Part shown: positions 19,270 through 29,800 of the stretch, piece by piece | Numbering within the stretch: position 1 is the first letter of the stretch | Layout: each line of letters begins with the position of its first letter | DNA from: Sphingobacteriales bacterium | GTDB lineage: Bacteria; Bacteroidota; Bacteroidia; Chitinophagales; Chitinophagaceae | Direction of reading: 5' to 3' | Length of the DNA stretch: 64,000 nt | Assembly: GCA_016185185.1 (NCBI GenBank) | Contig: JACPOD010000026.1 | Span: forward strand, 1,790 to 65,789 | Notes under the pieces: model-generated | What the model saw: only the letters and a program-made list of their open reading frames with translations | What the model was told of the DNA's origin: nothing | Database searches by the model: none | Translations under genes and position numbers: made by a program

Positions 19270-19417
19270 GAAAGTCCGGAAGTCGGGAAGACCGAAAGTC
19301 CGGAAGAAAACCCTGTTTATATTAATATGATAAGCTTTCTTTGCTGCTTACATTCTTTCCTTAAACTCTTTCCTTAATTCTTTCTTTCGGACTTCCCGAC
19401 TTTTCCGACTTTCGGAC
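19270..19417. repeat. paired inverted heptamer arrays (AAGTCCG words) around a 77-bp core, no gene inside
   Basis: Left arm gaaagtccggaagtcgggaagaccgaaagtccggaag (19270-19306). Right arm ctttcggacttcccgacttttccgactttcggac (19384-19417). The core itself contains CTTTCCT-type heptamers. Confidence 0.85.
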
Positions 19418-19547
19418 TATGGTCCACAGAATTACCGAACGTACAAGTGAGTGACACAACAGGTGATGCTATGAAAAACTGATGCTGGTATCAAAAAAAC
19501 AACACATATAACAGCAGAAATTTTAGGCTAAAAGAAGGGCTTCTTGC

Positions 19548-19555
19548 TATCTTTG
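19548..19555 (+). promoter_or_regulatory. -7 box TAtcTTTG upstream of the acyl-CoA dehydrogenase gene
   Basis: tatctttg lies 23 nt upstream of the ATG at 19578. Confidence 0.45.
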
Positions 19556-19577
19556 CGCCACTTAAAAACGATTTGCT

Positions 19578-20762
19578 ATGGCCGCACGGACAGATTTATT
19601 TCAAAGCCCCGATTACTTTAATGTAGATGAATTACTCACCGAAGAACATAAACTGATACGGGAAACCGTGAGGGCTTATGTGAAGAAAGAAATCAGTCCC
19701 ATTATTGAAGATTATGCTCAAAGGGCGGAGTTCCCGGTACTAATTGTAAAGCAGATGGGTGAGTTGGGTTGCTTTGGCCCAACCGTACCGGTGGAATATG
19801 GTGGCGGCGGATTAGATTACATAAGTTATGGTTTAATGATGCAGGAATTAGAAAGGGGCGATAGTGGTGTACGTTCTACTGCATCGGTGCAGGGTTCGCT
19901 GGTGATGTTCCCCATCAATGCTTATGGCAGCGAAGTACAAAAGAAAAAATATTTGCCCAAACTGGCGAGTGGCGAATGGCTGGGTTGCTTTGGATTAACA
20001 GAACCTAACCATGGCAGCGACCCCAGCAGCATGCTCACTAATTTTAAGGATGCGGGCGACCATGTAATTTTGAACGGCGCCAAAATGTGGATTAGCAATG
20101 CGCCTTTTGCACAAGTGGCTGTAGTGTGGGGCAAAAATGAAAATGGTGAGATACAGGGATTGATTGTAGAAAGAGGGATGGAAGGTTTTAGTACACCCAC
20201 CACGCATGGTAAATGGAGTTTGCGGGCCAGTGCTACCGGCGAACTGGTTTTTGATAATGTAAAAGTTCCCAAAGAAAATATATTACCGGGTGTAAAAGGA
20301 TTGAAAGGACCATTGAGTTGTTTAACCAAAGCCCGTTATGGTATTGCCTGGGGTGCTGTGGGTGCGGCGATGGATTGTTATGACACGGCTCTTCGATACA
20401 GTAAAGAGAGAGTACAGTTTGATAGACCTATTGGCGGTTTTCAATTGCAACAAAAGAAACTGGCTGAAATGGTTACTGAAATTACTAAAGCACAGTTGCT
20501 CAACTGGCGTTTGGGTGTATTGATGAATGAAGGAAAAGTGACACCCCAGCAAGTAAGCATGGCCAAGCGAAATGCCTGCGAAATTGCAGCCGATATTGCC
20601 CGCAATGCAAGACAGATGCTGGGTGGTATGGGTATTACCGGTGAGTACAGTATCATGCGTCATATGATGAATCTTGAAAGTGTGATCACTTATGAAGGTA
20701 CACATGACATTCATTTGCTGATTACGGGTATGGATGTTACAGGGTTTAATGCGTTTAAGTAA
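19578..20762 (+). CDS. acyl-CoA dehydrogenase, glutaryl-CoA dehydrogenase-like
   Basis: 394 aa with GCFGLTEPNHGSDP and YEGTHDIH motifs. Confidence 0.85.
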   Translation: MAARTDLFQSPDYFNVDELLTEEHKLIRETVRAYVKKEISPIIEDYAQRAEFPVLIVKQMGELGCFGPTVPVEYGGGGLDYISYGLMMQELERGDSGVRSTASVQGSLVMFPINAYGSEVQKKKYLPKLASGEWLGCFGLTEPNHGSDPSSMLTNFKDAGDHVILNGAKMWISNAPFAQVAVVWGKNENGEIQGLIVERGMEGFSTPTTHGKWSLRASATGELVFDNVKVPKENILPGVKGLKGPLSCLTKARYGIAWGAVGAAMDCYDTALRYSKERVQFDRPIGGFQLQQKKLAEMVTEITKAQLLNWRLGVLMNEGKVTPQQVSMAKRNACEIAADIARNARQMLGGMGITGEYSIMRHMMNLESVITYEGTHDIHLLITGMDVTGFNAFK

Positions 20763-20797
20763 GTTAAAAGGTTTAATGGTTTAAAAGTTTAAGGGTT
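20763..20797. repeat. heptad-phased array (GGTTTAA words), starts right after the stop codon
   Basis: Sequence reads gttaaaa ggtttaa tggttta aaagttt aagggtt. Confidence 0.7.
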
Positions 20798-20867
20798 TAT
20801 TGACAGGAAGTAAATAATAGCAGCACAACTTTTTTATGCTGATTATTCATTTGCTAAATATTATACC

Positions 20868-21350
20868 ATGCAGATTATTGCTTTTACCCAACCTTACCAG
20901 CAGCAGGTTATTGATTTAATACTTTCCATACAGGTGGGGGAATTTTCTGTTCCCATTACTGCTGAAGCACAACCTGATTTAAAAATCATTCCGGAGTTTT
21001 ATCAAAAACAAAACGGCAATTTCTGGATTGCTGTGGATGACAATGATAAAGTGATTGGCACCATTGCGTTGGTTGATTTTGGTGATGCTTCTGTTGCTTT
21101 GCGAAAGATGTTTGTACATAAAGACTGGCGGGGGAAAGATAAAGGAGTAGCACAGCAATTACTTAATATTGTTTTTAATTGGTGTAAAGAAAGAAATGTT
21201 CAACATATTTATTTAGGAACGATAGAACGCCTGCATGCTGCCCGGCGGTTTTATTTAAAGAATGGATTTGTGGAGGTGCCTAAAGCATCTTTGCCTGCGT
21301 CTTTTCCTTTGATGGCGGTGGATACACTGTTTTATAAATATTCGTTTTAA
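20868..21350 (+). CDS. GNAT family N-acetyltransferase
   Basis: LRKMFVHKDWRGKDKGVAQQLL is an acetyl-CoA binding motif A-like segment. Length is 160 aa. Confidence 0.8.
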   Translation: MQIIAFTQPYQQQVIDLILSIQVGEFSVPITAEAQPDLKIIPEFYQKQNGNFWIAVDDNDKVIGTIALVDFGDASVALRKMFVHKDWRGKDKGVAQQLLNIVFNWCKERNVQHIYLGTIERLHAARRFYLKNGFVEVPKASLPASFPLMAVDTLFYKYSF

Positions 21351-21435
21351 CTAGTATGTGATTATTTGATATTGATTCCGTAACAATATTTTTATACTGG
21401 TATATTTGCTATTCAATTATTTAACAGAGAAACGG

Positions 21436-22713
21436 ATGGTTGCTGCTTTAATTATAACTGTTTTTATACTGGGATACCTTGCCATTGCATTTGAACATCC
21501 CTTAAAATTAAATAAAGCAGCATCGGCATTAATGACCGGGGTAATTTGCTGGACAATTTATATTGTTAAAAGCGAAACACCTCAGGATATTACAGGACAA
21601 CTGCTGCATCACCTCGGTGAAATAGCTTCTATACTCTTTTTTTTATTAGGCGCTATGACCATTGTTGAATTAATTGATTCGCACAATGGCTTTGAGATCA
21701 TCACCCAAAAAATTAATACCAACAGTAAAAGCAAATTATTTTTTATAATAACAGTACTTACTTTTTTTCTTTCCGCCCTGTTGGATAATTTAACCACAGC
21801 AATAGTGATGACATCACTCTGTTCTAAACTATTGAGCAAAAAAGAAGACCGGCTATGGTTTTGCGGAATGATTATAATTGCGGCTAACACCGGGGGAGCA
21901 TGGTCACCTTTAGGAGATGTTACTACTACCATGCTATGGATTGGCGGACAGATTACTGCATTAGCAATTATTAAACAATTAATATTACCAAGCATTATTG
22001 CCTGTATTCTGCCAGCGTTAATTATTGCGAGGCAATTTAAAGGACAAACTTTTTATATAAAACCTGAAAAAGCAAGTACTGCCAGGGAACAAAGAGATGG
22101 TAAGATTATTCTTATTTCAGGATTAGGGTTTTTAATTTTTGTACCGGCATTTAAAACAATCACCCACTTGCCTCCATTTATGGGTATGCTTTTGGCACTT
22201 GGTTTTATGTGGGTAATTACCACTATCATCCATAAGAGTAAAGAACCGGAAATAGCCGAGAAATTTACAGTTGCCAAAGCGCTGCAAAAAGTTGACAGCC
22301 CCAGCATTCTTTTCTTCCTAGGAATATTACTGGCTGTATCAGCCTTACAGTCTGTTGGGCTGTTAAAAGATATGGCTGCCGTATTAAATCATACTTTTAA
22401 GAATGATTATCTTATCGGAATTGCGTTAGGCTTAATATCTTCCGTTGTGGATAATGTACCGCTGGTAGCAGCCTCACAGGGTATGTATGATTTATCTGTT
22501 TATCCAACGGATCATTCGTTCTGGGAATTTTTAGCATTAACAACCGGTACGGGCGGCAGTGCGGTTATTATAGGCTCAGCTGCCGGCGTAGCTGTAATGG
22601 GTATTGAGCAAATTAATTTTATGTGGTATTTAAAGAAGATCAGCTGGCTGGCATTACTGAGTTTTACTGCGGGTATATTGATGTTTCTTTTGCAGAGATT
22701 TATAATGAATTAA
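21436..22713 (+). CDS. nhaD: Na+/H+ antiporter NhaD-type (ArsB/NhaD permease superfamily)
   Basis: About 11 TM helices with LDNLTTAIVM and VDNVPLVAA motifs. The ORF track starts at TTG 21406; the ATG is at 21436. Confidence 0.75.
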   Translation: MVAALIITVFILGYLAIAFEHPLKLNKAASALMTGVICWTIYIVKSETPQDITGQLLHHLGEIASILFFLLGAMTIVELIDSHNGFEIITQKINTNSKSKLFFIITVLTFFLSALLDNLTTAIVMTSLCSKLLSKKEDRLWFCGMIIIAANTGGAWSPLGDVTTTMLWIGGQITALAIIKQLILPSIIACILPALIIARQFKGQTFYIKPEKASTAREQRDGKIILISGLGFLIFVPAFKTITHLPPFMGMLLALGFMWVITTIIHKSKEPEIAEKFTVAKALQKVDSPSILFFLGILLAVSALQSVGLLKDMAAVLNHTFKNDYLIGIALGLISSVVDNVPLVAASQGMYDLSVYPTDHSFWEFLALTTGTGGSAVIIGSAAGVAVMGIEQINFMWYLKKISWLALLSFTAGILMFLLQRFIMN

Positions 22714-23356
22714 GCACATTATCATTAAACTCTTCCAGCGATTTCAATTGTAAATCCGCTGCTTTCCATTTTATTTCCTGCTGCTGCTGATCAACAGGTA
22801 TTACCACACATTTCATCCTCGCTGCTTTGGCGGCTATCATACCGTTAAATGAATCTTCAAACACCAAACATTGTATTGGTGCTGCTGATAATTCAACAGC
22901 ACAATTAATGAATACCTGCGGATGCGGTTTACCAAATGGTAAATGTTCCGCCGAAGTAATAGTTTGTAAATACGAACGGATATTCAGCTTATCAATAACC
23001 GGGTTTGCTAATGACATGGGAGAGGATGTTGCCAGCCCGATATTAAAATTTCGTTCCTTAAAAAACTCCATTATATAATTTATTCCAGGCATAGCCACAC
23101 CGTGTGCTACAATTTTTTCAATGGCTTTTTGCACCACCACTTCTTCAGCCTCAGCAATATGTGTTTCATCAATATTAAAATGATGAAACCAGTTCTGGAG
23201 CCACTCCTGGGTTCGTAAACCGGTAGAGGAAGCATATTGCTCCGGGGAAAGGCTTACATTAAATTTTTCTAATGTTTCTTTTCCTGCTTCTTCCCAAAAA
23301 GGTTCGCTGTCGATAAGCAAACCATCCATATCAAAAATTACCGTATTTAATTTCAT
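22700..23356 (-). CDS. HAD-superfamily hydrolase (beta-phosphoglucomutase-like subfamily IA)
   Basis: FDMDGLLIDSEP is motif I. VFEDSFNG is motif IV. Confidence 0.8.
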   Translation of the reverse strand: MKLNTVIFDMDGLLIDSEPFWEEAGKETLEKFNVSLSPEQYASSTGLRTQEWLQNWFHHFNIDETHIAEAEEVVVQKAIEKIVAHGVAMPGINYIMEFFKERNFNIGLATSSPMSLANPVIDKLNIRSYLQTITSAEHLPFGKPHPQVFINCAVELSAAPIQCLVFEDSFNGMIAAKAARMKCVVIPVDQQQQEIKWKAADLQLKSLEEFNDNVLNSL

Positions 23357-23465
23357 GGCCGCAAATATACTTTCAACTGTTCTTTTTAAATATTAAACAC
23401 AGAAGTACAGTTTATTTACTATTCCTTATATTCGGCGTCCGATTGCAACCAAAACCAACTTTGCC

Positions 23466-24236
23466 ATGTCATCATTCGTTGACAGACTAAAACATTTTCG
23501 CTTTGTAAGGGCCATGGTTTATACCGTGGTGGGAGCAATTACTTATCCAGGCCTGGCATTGATCAACCGCATAAAAATTACCGGCACTGAAAATTTAGAA
23601 AATCTTCCCAAACGAAATGTACTGTTTGTAAGCAATCATCAAACTTATTTTGCTGACGTTATTACGTTCATTCATATTTTTTGCGCCGTTAAATGGCGAA
23701 AGAAAAATAAACTGGGTATTCCCTATTATTTACTCAATCCATTTACCAGAATTTATTATGTGGCCGCGGAAGAAACGATGAAAGGAAGTTTCATTAGTCG
23801 GTTATTTACACTGGCCGGTGCATTAACCGTAAAAAGAACATGGAGAGCGGAAGGGAAAGAAGTTAGAAGAGGACTGGACCCATCTGATACCAGGAAAATT
23901 GAAAGAGCTTTAAGAGACAACTGGGTTATAACATTTCCACAAGGAACAACTAAACCATTTGCACCCGGAAGAAAAGGAACCGCACACATCATCAAATTAA
24001 ATCAACCCATTGTTGTGCCTGTGGTCATTAATGGTTTCTGGAGGGCTTTTAATAAAAAAGGATTGAAATTTAAAAAGAAAGGTTCGTTGATCTACGTTCA
24101 TTTTAAAGCTCCATTAGATATCAACTACAATGATCCGGTGGATATAATTTTAGAACAGGTAATGGATGCCATTGAACAAAGTAAAAAATTCATGATGAAG
24201 GGGAGGCACCATTTGATGAATGTGATTGATAAATGA
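23466..24236 (+). CDS. lysophospholipid (1-acyl-sn-glycerol-3-phosphate-type) acyltransferase
   Basis: SNHQTYFAD is the HX4D motif. FPQGTT matches block III. Confidence 0.75.
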   Translation: MSSFVDRLKHFRFVRAMVYTVVGAITYPGLALINRIKITGTENLENLPKRNVLFVSNHQTYFADVITFIHIFCAVKWRKKNKLGIPYYLLNPFTRIYYVAAEETMKGSFISRLFTLAGALTVKRTWRAEGKEVRRGLDPSDTRKIERALRDNWVITFPQGTTKPFAPGRKGTAHIIKLNQPIVVPVVINGFWRAFNKKGLKFKKKGSLIYVHFKAPLDINYNDPVDIILEQVMDAIEQSKKFMMKGRHHLMNVIDK

Positions 24237-24263
24237 AACCCCCAAACCCCCTGAAGGGGGCTT
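24237..24263 (+). repeat. 27-bp repeat with internal GC hairpin (left copy)
   Basis: aacccccaaaccccctgaagggggctt starts immediately after the acyltransferase stop codon. Confidence 0.95.
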
Positions 24264-24340
24264 TTGAGTTTTATCAGGTATTTGAATTATCGATAAACCT
24301 TGAAATAGAAATAAATCCACAATAAAACTTAAACTTTAGC

Positions 24341-24853
24341 ATGAAAAGAATATTGACACTTCCAACTTGGCAGGTTTTTATTTTGTTTATTATTCCCGCA
24401 ATTTTCCCATCATCTTATTTGGGGTTAATATTGACATTGGTCTGGGCGTCATTCATCGGGGTTTGTGTATATACAGTTGCAAACAGTTTACATAAAAAAC
24501 TTCCCGAATATCATGAACTTAAAATTAAACGGTTTAACTTTTATCTTTTATTTGCGCTTGTTTATTTCATAATAGTAGTTATTGTGTTTGAAGGAGGTTA
24601 TGAAATTAACCAGGACAATTATAAAGATTATGGTTGGGCAATAGCTGTAATTATTCCCCTTCATCTGTTTATGATGTATTGTGTTTTTTATTTGATATGG
24701 TTTATAGCGAAAGCAATAGCGACTGTTGAAAATAAAAGAGTAGTTTTTTTTGAAACGTATGCGGCTAATTTTTTCTTATTATGGTTTTTCCCGATAGGTG
24801 TGTGGTTTGTGCATTCAAAAATTCTAAAAATCTTTTCTGAGACGACTCAATAA
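24341..24853 (+). CDS. integral membrane protein, unknown function
   Basis: 170 aa, 4-5 TM helices, AT-rich. It is bracketed by the perfect 27-bp inverted repeats. Confidence 0.45.
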   Translation: MKRILTLPTWQVFILFIIPAIFPSSYLGLILTLVWASFIGVCVYTVANSLHKKLPEYHELKIKRFNFYLLFALVYFIIVVIVFEGGYEINQDNYKDYGWAIAVIIPLHLFMMYCVFYLIWFIAKAIATVENKRVVFFETYAANFFLLWFFPIGVWFVHSKILKIFSETTQ

Positions 24854-24918
24854 AAAAACTCAGCGGCATTTCACTAAGTTTTTATTTTATACAGTTTAAC
24901 AGAATTACAAAAGTTGAT

Positions 24919-24945
24919 AAGCCCCCTTCAGGGGGTTTGGGGGTT
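24919..24945 (-). repeat. 27-bp repeat (right copy, exact reverse complement of 24237-24263)
   Basis: aagcccccttcagggggtttgggggtt. It also encodes the last codons (NPQTP) and the stop of the convergent thioesterase. Confidence 0.95.
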
Positions 24946-25458
24946 AAACAACGCCTTCAATTCCTCCGCTTCTTCCGGTTTCATTTTCCCGCCCAAAATC
25001 AGGCGTATTTGTCTTCTTCTCAATGCGCCATCAAACAATCGTTTTTCATCTTCCGTTTCAGGTATTAAAGATGGTACAGGTCTGGGTTTACCATTAGGGT
25101 CCAAAGCAACAAATGTATAATACGCCTCATTACTTTTATAACGGTATTGCTGTGTTGGATCTTCGCCCCAAACATTCATATGTACTTCCATGCTCGAATT
25201 AAAGGAACGGGTAACCCTGGCTTCTATATGCACTGCATTGCCCAGTTTAATGGGGCTTTCAAATGAAATATTATCCACGGAGGCTGTTACAACAGGAGCA
25301 GCACAATGTTTCATTGCAGCCAGTGCAGCAGCAATATCCATCCAATACATCAGGCGACCGCCCATTAAATTGCCATACGTATTAGTATCGTTAGGCAATA
25401 CCAGCTCGGTCATTACTACATGCGAATCAGATGGTTTTTTTTCTAAACGGGTTGTCAT
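24928..25458 (-). CDS. acyl-CoA thioesterase (hotdog fold)
   Basis: NTYGNLMGGRLMYWMDIAAA and VTASVD are patterns typical of YciA/Acot-type thioesterases. Confidence 0.85.
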   Translation of the reverse strand: MTTRLEKKPSDSHVVMTELVLPNDTNTYGNLMGGRLMYWMDIAAALAAMKHCAAPVVTASVDNISFESPIKLGNAVHIEARVTRSFNSSMEVHMNVWGEDPTQQYRYKSNEAYYTFVALDPNGKPRPVPSLIPETEDEKRLFDGALRRRQIRLILGGKMKPEEAEELKALFNPQTP

Positions 25459-25469
25459 ACAAATTGTTT

Positions 25470-25495
25470 AAAAAAAGTCCCGCATGTTGCGGGAC
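25470..25495 (-). terminator. rho-independent terminator after queA
   Basis: Stem gtcccgca / tgcgggac with a 3-nt loop. The minus strand has a T-run (A-run on plus at 25470-25476). Confidence 0.7.
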
Positions 25496-25508
25496 GTGAG
25501 TAAGAATG

Positions 25509-26558
25509 TTATATCACCAGCATCGCATCCCCGTAACTGAAGAAACGATACTTGTCTTTAATAGCTTTTTTATACGCTTCCATCGCCAGGTCATAACCGG
25601 CAAATGCGCAGGTCATGATCAGTAAACTTGTTTTTGGTAAATGAAAGTTGGTGATCAGGGAATCTGCTATATTAAAATCATAGGGGGGATGAATAAAAAT
25701 ATTCGTCCATCCCTCAGATGGTTTTAAAAGTTTTTGTGCCGTAAATGACGATTCCATTGCTCTCATAGTAGTAGTTCCTACAGAGCAGATACGGTTACCA
25801 TTTTCCCTTGCTTTGTTTACGATTTTGCAGGCAAAATCATCGATCTTATAATATTCAGCATCCATCTTATGTTTACTGAGGTCTTCCACTTCAATCGGAC
25901 GGAAAGTGCCCAATCCTGTATGAAGGGTAACTTCAGAAAAACGGATACCCTGTATTTCCAGCCGTTTAATTAATTCTTTACTGAAGTGTAATCCTGCGGT
26001 TGGGGCTGCAACGGCACCTTCGTGTTTGGCATATACAGTTTGGTATCTTTCCTTGTCTTCTTCATCTGGTTTCCGCTTGATGTATTTTGGTAACGGGGTC
26101 TCACCCAGTTTTTCTAAAATAGCACGGAACTCATCATCATTGCCATCAAATAAAAAGCGGATGGTGCGGCCACGGCTGGTGGTATTGTCAATGACTTCAG
26201 CTACCAAATCATCTGTATCTCCGAAATATAATTTATTACCCACTCTTATTTTACGGGCCGGATCCACGATCACATCCCACAGTCTGTTGGGTTTGTTAAG
26301 CTCTCTCAGTAAAAAAACTTCAATTTTGGCACCTGTTTTTTCTTTACGTCCGTACATACGGGCCGGAAACACTTTTGTATTGTTAACAACAAATACATCC
26401 TTGTCGTTAAAGTATTCCATGATGTCGCGGAACGTACGGTTTTCAATGATGCCTGTTTTACGGTGAACGACCATTAACCGGCTTTCGTCACGTTGTTTGG
26501 CGGGGTGTTGTGCAATAAGATTGAGGGGCAGATCAAACGTAAATTGAGATAATTTCAT
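25509..26558 (-). CDS. queA: S-adenosylmethionine:tRNA ribosyltransferase-isomerase
   Basis: 349 aa with [22 protein letters not shown] and VGTTTMR motifs. Confidence 0.95.
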   Translation of the reverse strand: MKLSQFTFDLPLNLIAQHPAKQRDESRLMVVHRKTGIIENRTFRDIMEYFNDKDVFVVNNTKVFPARMYGRKEKTGAKIEVFLLRELNKPNRLWDVIVDPARKIRVGNKLYFGDTDDLVAEVIDNTTSRGRTIRFLFDGNDDEFRAILEKLGETPLPKYIKRKPDEEDKERYQTVYAKHEGAVAAPTAGLHFSKELIKRLEIQGIRFSEVTLHTGLGTFRPIEVEDLSKHKMDAEYYKIDDFACKIVNKARENGNRICSVGTTTMRAMESSFTAQKLLKPSEGWTNIFIHPPYDFNIADSLITNFHLPKTSLLIMTCAFAGYDLAMEAYKKAIKDKYRFFSYGDAMLVI

Positions 26559-26848
26559 GTATTACCGGGTTTTAATGTGAAAGCCTTATGCAACAAACCC
26601 TGGAGAGAAGATGGTTACAGGATATTTCCTGGTGGAACCGAACCTGGTCTTACGGCACCAGGTTTGTTTCATTTATAAAGGCTCTTTATAAAGTGCGCAA
26701 AGGTATTGATTTTCTCAATTCAAAATTCAGCGCCTTTATTTTGAATAAAATGATTCTTTTAACGTTTCAGGGTCAACGGAATTTTGAAATCCCCCTTCTT
26801 TTATGCAATTTGTAGCGTATAACATCTTAGTACACAGACAATCTTAAT

Positions 26849-29800
26849 ATGAAAGCACATCATCCGGCAGGCCGTATCTTATCAGTAATTGCAGCTACCA
26901 TCGTTTTGTTCAGCAGCATTGCAACAGCACAAACAAAAAAAGGGAAAGGGAAATATCCAAGCCTCTTATGGGAAATTACCGGTAACGGCATAAAAAAGCC
27001 TTCCTATTTATTTGGTACGATGCATGTGAGCAGTAAAGTAGTATTTCATTTATCCGATTCTTTTTATCATGCCATTAAATCGGCAGAGGTAGTAGCATTG
27101 GAAACAAACCCTGAAAACTGGCAGGATGATTTTACCAATTCCAAAATGATGAATGCGCAAAACGGAATTGGCTTACGTGGTTTATCATCAGGATTTGCCG
27201 GTGGAATGGATATGATGAATGATTATCTCACCATCAACACTTTTGCCTTTCGTAAATACGAAAAAGCTATCGCTACTGCTTTATCAGCACAACCTGAAAT
27301 AATAAATAACCTTTTGTACCGGAATTTTGCAGGTGCTGAGGATTTTGAAGAAGATACTTTTCTTGATATGTATATTTTCCAGGCCGGCAAAAAATTGGGA
27401 AAAACAGTAACGGGTGTTGAGAATTTTGAAGAGAGTGAGAAACTGGTTATGGAAGCATACCGTGATGCAGCAAAAGACAGGAATACAAAAAGAAGAAGTT
27501 ACGATTTTAATAATTATGCTGACCCCCAAAAGTTACAGGATGCATACCGCAGGGGTGATTTGGATATGCTGGATTCGTTAAATAAGCTTAATACTTATTC
27601 CGAAGCTTTTGAAGAAAAATTTTTATACAGGAGAAACGATATCCAGGCAAAGTCAATTGATTCTATTATAAAATCGGGTTCTTCATTATTTGTAGGAGTA
27701 GGCGCCGCTCATTTGCCCGGTACAAGAGGCGTAATTGAATGGTTGCGTAAGCATGGCTATAACTTAAGACCCGTATTGATGGGAGAGAGGGACAGTAATC
27801 AAAAAGACCAGGTAGATAAAATCAGGATCGCATTGAACTTTAGCAAAAGATGGGCGGAAGACAGTGCATTTAGTGTAAACCTTCCCGGTAAATTATACCG
27901 TTTTTCACCAATACAGTTTATAAACCAGTTGCAGTTTGCTGATATGGTCAACGGGGCTTACTATATGGTCACACGATTAAAGACAAACAGTTTTTTGTGG
28001 GGGCAAAATATATCCATAGTAAGTAAAAAAGTGGATAGTATGCTTTATGAAAATGTGCCGGGAAAAATTATCAGCAAAAAAGATATTATTGTTAACGGGT
28101 ATAAAGGGTTTGATATTATTAACAAAACAAGAAGAGGCGATTTTCAACGGTACAATATTATTATTACACCATTTGAAATTTTCTTTTTTAAAATGAGCGG
28201 CAACAGTGAATTTGTAACTACTGGTGATGAAGCCAGGAAATTTTTTGAATCTATACAAATTAAATCAGACAGGTCTGGTGAATGGACAATTTATTCTCCG
28301 CCTTATGGTGGTTTCACCGTTTCCATGCCGGGTAAACCTGTGTTAAATAAAGTATATCCCGGTGGCATTAACCGGTTTGAATACGAAGCCGTAGATGAAA
28401 AAGAAGGAAGCAGTTATTTGATCATGAAAACAAATGTGCATAACATCAGTTTTATTGAAGAAGATACGTTTGACCTGAATCTGATAGATGAAAGTTTTGC
28501 CAGCAGCAGTTTTATAGACAAAACACTCAGCCGGAAACCCGGAGTTTTTAAAGGTTACCCATCCCTCGATGTAAAATACAAACATAAAGACGGATCAATA
28601 ACACAGGCAAGATATATTATACAGGGGCCGCATTATTATGCATTACTGGCGCATGGCAAAAAAGAATCGGCAGCCCAAACAGTTTTCCTGAATTCTTTTT
28701 CTGTATCACCATTTACATACCCGGAAGTAAAGAAAAGAACAGATACAACGCTTGGAATAACGGTAATCTCACCTGTTTATCCTGAAGACAAAAGTAATGA
28801 CTTACAAAACTGGATGAAGGAATTAATGGAAGATTACGGCGAAAATGAAGCTGGAAATAATGCTGATTTCCCTTCATCTTTTAAAATGATAACAGTTGGT
28901 AATGACACTGCAGGCGAAAAGATAATGGCGATGTATTATAAGCTTCCGAAGTATAAATATTTTAAAGATTCTTCTTCTTTTTGGGATAAGGGAGAGATTG
29001 CCTTGCACGACAGTGATTTTATTTACAGGAAATTTGAAAAAAATAATTTGCCGGGTGGATTTATTAATTATGATATTCAATTATCGGATACCAACAGCAG
29101 CCGTACGATCTTAGGGAAAGTATTCTATCATGATGGTGTGGTACATCTTATTACAGCAATTACTGATACGCTAACACCCATGAGTTCCTTACTCACTAAT
29201 TTCTTTTCTTCTTTCAAACCATCCGATACTATTAAAGGCTATTCCCCTTTCATAAAAAAATCAGCCATTTTTTTAGCGGATTACTATAGTACAGATTCGG
29301 CTACAAAAAAGAAAGCCATAAAATACCTGGACAACATGTATTTTGATTCATCCGATGTACCTGCCATTAAAAAGGCCATACAGGAACTTACCTGGAAGGA
29401 TAAAGATTACCTGGAGTTGAAAAAAGAATGGATACAACATCTCGGTAAAATGAAAGATACCACGGTTAGTTATTATTTAAAAGATATGTATAAAAATTCT
29501 GGCGACACTGTTGAATTGCAAAATACCATCCTGGAAACCTTGTTGTCGCAAAAAACCACTACTGCTTACCGGTTGTTTAAAGACATTATGCTGGAAGAAC
29601 CTCCGGTGCTTGAAAATAATAATGGTTACGGATTAAATGTGCCCCGCCGTTATTATGATATTACAATTAAGGGCAGAGGCAGTTATTATAAATCTGGTTT
29701 ATTTAGTTATTTGTACGACTCAGCACAACTTACTAAAACGCTTTTCCCCGAATTTCTTGCACTGATGACGCTGGATGATTATAAACCGAAAATAATGGAT

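Noticed and set aside
19270-19417. Possibility that the heptamer arrays are contingency-locus microsatellites for phase variation.
   Set aside because: The units are degenerate rather than identical, which disfavours slipped-strand mispairing. Many arrays lie outside promoters or 5' coding regions. The exception is the near-perfect 21-bp repeat at 58729-58802, which could still vary in copy number.
26588-26815. 75-aa ORF in the queA / TraB-like divergent spacer.
   Set aside because: It has no recognisable domain and an odd composition. It overlaps the likely promoter and leader regions of both flanking genes, so it is probably spurious.
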